Below, one piece after another: positions 61,876-64,000 of a stretch of DNA of 64,000 nt. Below the pieces are notes generated by a model that searched no databases, was not told where the DNA came from, and saw nothing but the letters and a program-made list of their open reading frames with translations. A program made the translations under genes and the position numbers. This DNA comes from Patellaria atrata CBS 101060. Taxonomy: Eukaryota. Position 1 is the first letter of the stretch; the number at the start of each line of letters is the position of its first letter. Where the stretch lies: positions 1,515,817 to 1,579,816 of the forward strand of contig MU006090.1 in NCBI GenBank assembly GCA_010093705.1. The letters run 5' to 3'.

Positions 61876-62331
61876 CCGAGTTTACACGCAGTAGCCTATT
61901 AGGGTAGTCCCCAAACCGTATTACCGGACGAGGGTTCTCCGACTTCCGCGGCTGTGAAGACAACTGTTAGAACTATAGATGACGCGCCGAATTGACCTCT
62001 GCAAACTGAACGGATTGAAATATCTATAAGTATGCTTAGTCTTTTCACGAATTCGATCTGTTCGTGTGCAGCAAAGTACAGTGCATGCGCTGGACTCCCT
62101 ATTCGTGACTTTGTCGAAAAAAGCAATTCCCATCTAGAACTAGAGCGTGCATTGACCATAATTATTATCGGCCCGGAATCTTATCTGCTTTTTCCCCAGG
62201 TTTTCCCCGACCCAGAGCTCACGACCTCATCCGTTGAAATTCAAGACCCACAAATCGTCAATCTACAACCAAAGGTATACTCGACGTACTTCAATCCGTG
62301 CCTAGTAAATCACCCCTATACTCTCTCCAGG

Positions 62332-63498
62332 ATGTCTTCGGAAAAACCATTGCCCTTTATATATCAATTTGCCGCAGGTAAGTACTGGTGGAGCTATGCT
62401 TTCTCCGACGCAGACTAAGGTTTGTGCGTAGGTGCGGTCGCGGGTGTGTCTGAAGTAGGTGATCCTCCAATAAATAATAGGTAGACACAGTAGCTTAACT
62501 GAAGCTTCCTCTGGCAGATTTTAGTTATGTAAGGTCGTTCCGTCAAATCTTTAGACCAAAGAAGCTGACGGTATTATGCAGGTACCCGTTAGACGTCGTC
62601 AAGACCCGAGTGTAAGCTTTAGTGTCCGAATTGATGAATGCAACTGAGTCAGTGAAGGCAATTGCAGACTGGTAAAGGAGCTATTGGTGAGGAAAGCTAC
62701 AATGGCATGGTGGACTGCTTTCGAAAGATCATTAAGCACGAAGGGTTCTCCCGGCTCTACAGAGGCATCAGTGCTCCTATCTTGATGGAAGCCCCTAAGA
62801 GGTGAGCCCAGCTATATACTTTCGACCGCTAAGTAACTAATACACCTAGGGCAACAAAATTCGCTGCTAACGATGAGTGGGGAAAGTTTTACCGCAATGC
62901 ATTCGGTATTCACAAGATGAATCAGTCATTGTCTATCCTTACCGGTGCCAGTGCTGGTGCTACAGAAGCATTTGTGGTAGTCCCCTTCGAGCTCGTAAAG
63001 ATTCGACTGCAAGACAAGGCGCAAGCACATAAATATAACGGAATGGCGGATTGTGTACGCAAAATTATTACCCATGAAGGACCCATGACTTTATACCAAG
63101 GGTTAGAAAGTACAATGTGGCGACATATCCTGTGGAACGCAGGATACTTCGGCTGTATCTTCCAAGTTCGCGAACTGTTGCCGAAAGCAGCGGACAAGAA
63201 GGCACAGATCGGAAATGATCTAGTTTCCGGTGCTATCGGAGGAACTGTCGGTACTATCCTCAATACCCCAATGGACGTTGTGAAATCTCGGATCCAGAAT
63301 TCACCAAAGATTCCCGGTGTCGTACCTAAGTACAACTGGGCATGGCCAGCACTGGGAACTGTCATGAGGGAAGAGGGCTTCAGCGCATTGTACAAGGGTT
63401 TCTTACCCAAGGTCCTCCGTTTGGGTCCAGGAGGTGGTATCTTGCTCGTGGTGTTCACCGGTGTAATGGATTTCTTCAGGACGATGCGGGGCGTCTAG
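62332..63498 (+). CDS. ODC1: Mitochondrial 2-oxodicarboxylate carrier (Odc1/2-like), multi-exon with micro-exons
   Basis: MSSEKPLPFIYQFAA|GAVAGVSE|ILVM|YPLDVVKTR...MEAPKRATKFAAN...VPFELVKIRLQ...RHILWNAGYFG...KVLRLGPGGGILL. Confidence 0.9.
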
Positions 63499-64000
63499 GG
63501 AAAATCTGCTTAGCATTTGTTAACATCTGTCAGCCGTTATAGACTGTATACCCTATGCGAATGATTCAGAACGGATTTCTGTCCTTAGTATTTATCATTG
63601 TACTATAGAATATAGAGAGCAAAATTTGGAGATATACACAATTTTACTTTATTGTTATAGGAATTATATGAACATTATCCAAGTCATGCCGCCTAGACTA
63701 TAATACTCACTTCTGAAATTATATTATCCTCTTAACTAGGGGATTCTAGATTAGTATCGTTCCAAAGTAAAATGATAATATAATAGTCAACTATAAATCC
63801 CGCTCGTGCTGTGATACTGGGCTCCCAGCTCCATTACTATGCTGATTGTTACGGCCACAGGTAATGAGAAGCATGTAGTTGACAAGTGGGGGACACAACT
63901 ACGGAGAAAATCGGTGTCACGGAAGTCACGTGACGTGGACCCAGTGGACGCAGAAGGGTTCTACGTTCAACACGTCCAAAAGGCGACTTGGACGCAGTGG

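Overview
Eukaryotic genomic DNA from a filamentous ascomycete (Pezizomycotina, judged from short GT-AG introns with CTRAY-type branch points and the gene set). Bases 1-6.5 kb are gene-poor with possible decayed coding relics. A conserved housekeeping block follows at 6.5-30.5 kb: glyoxylate reductase-like dehydrogenase, head-to-head CLF1/PRP31, head-to-head PEX20/SEC13, aldehyde dehydrogenase, an SDR, RPL26, an AT-hook/C2H2 protein and a UBE2S-like E2. An accessory-looking island occupies about 31-47.7 kb. It holds six paralogous short F-box-like genes (two intact, four disabled), a decayed fungal PD-(D/E)XK nuclease-like gene, an intronless 1034-aa VWA/Cys-motif protein, a HeLo-pseudokinase with MLKL-like architecture, a CFEM-GPI protein and a triplicated ~200-236 bp non-coding repeat. 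A second housekeeping block (48-63.5 kb) holds a LIM protein, a SAM carrier, tRNA ligase TRL1 with an in-frame presequence-like extension, DNA2 with upstream MCB boxes, and an ODC carrier. The island is the best candidate for an undescribed system (cell death/non-self recognition plus ubiquitin adaptors), but functional linkage among its genes is inference only. All exon models were read by eye and no database searches were run.
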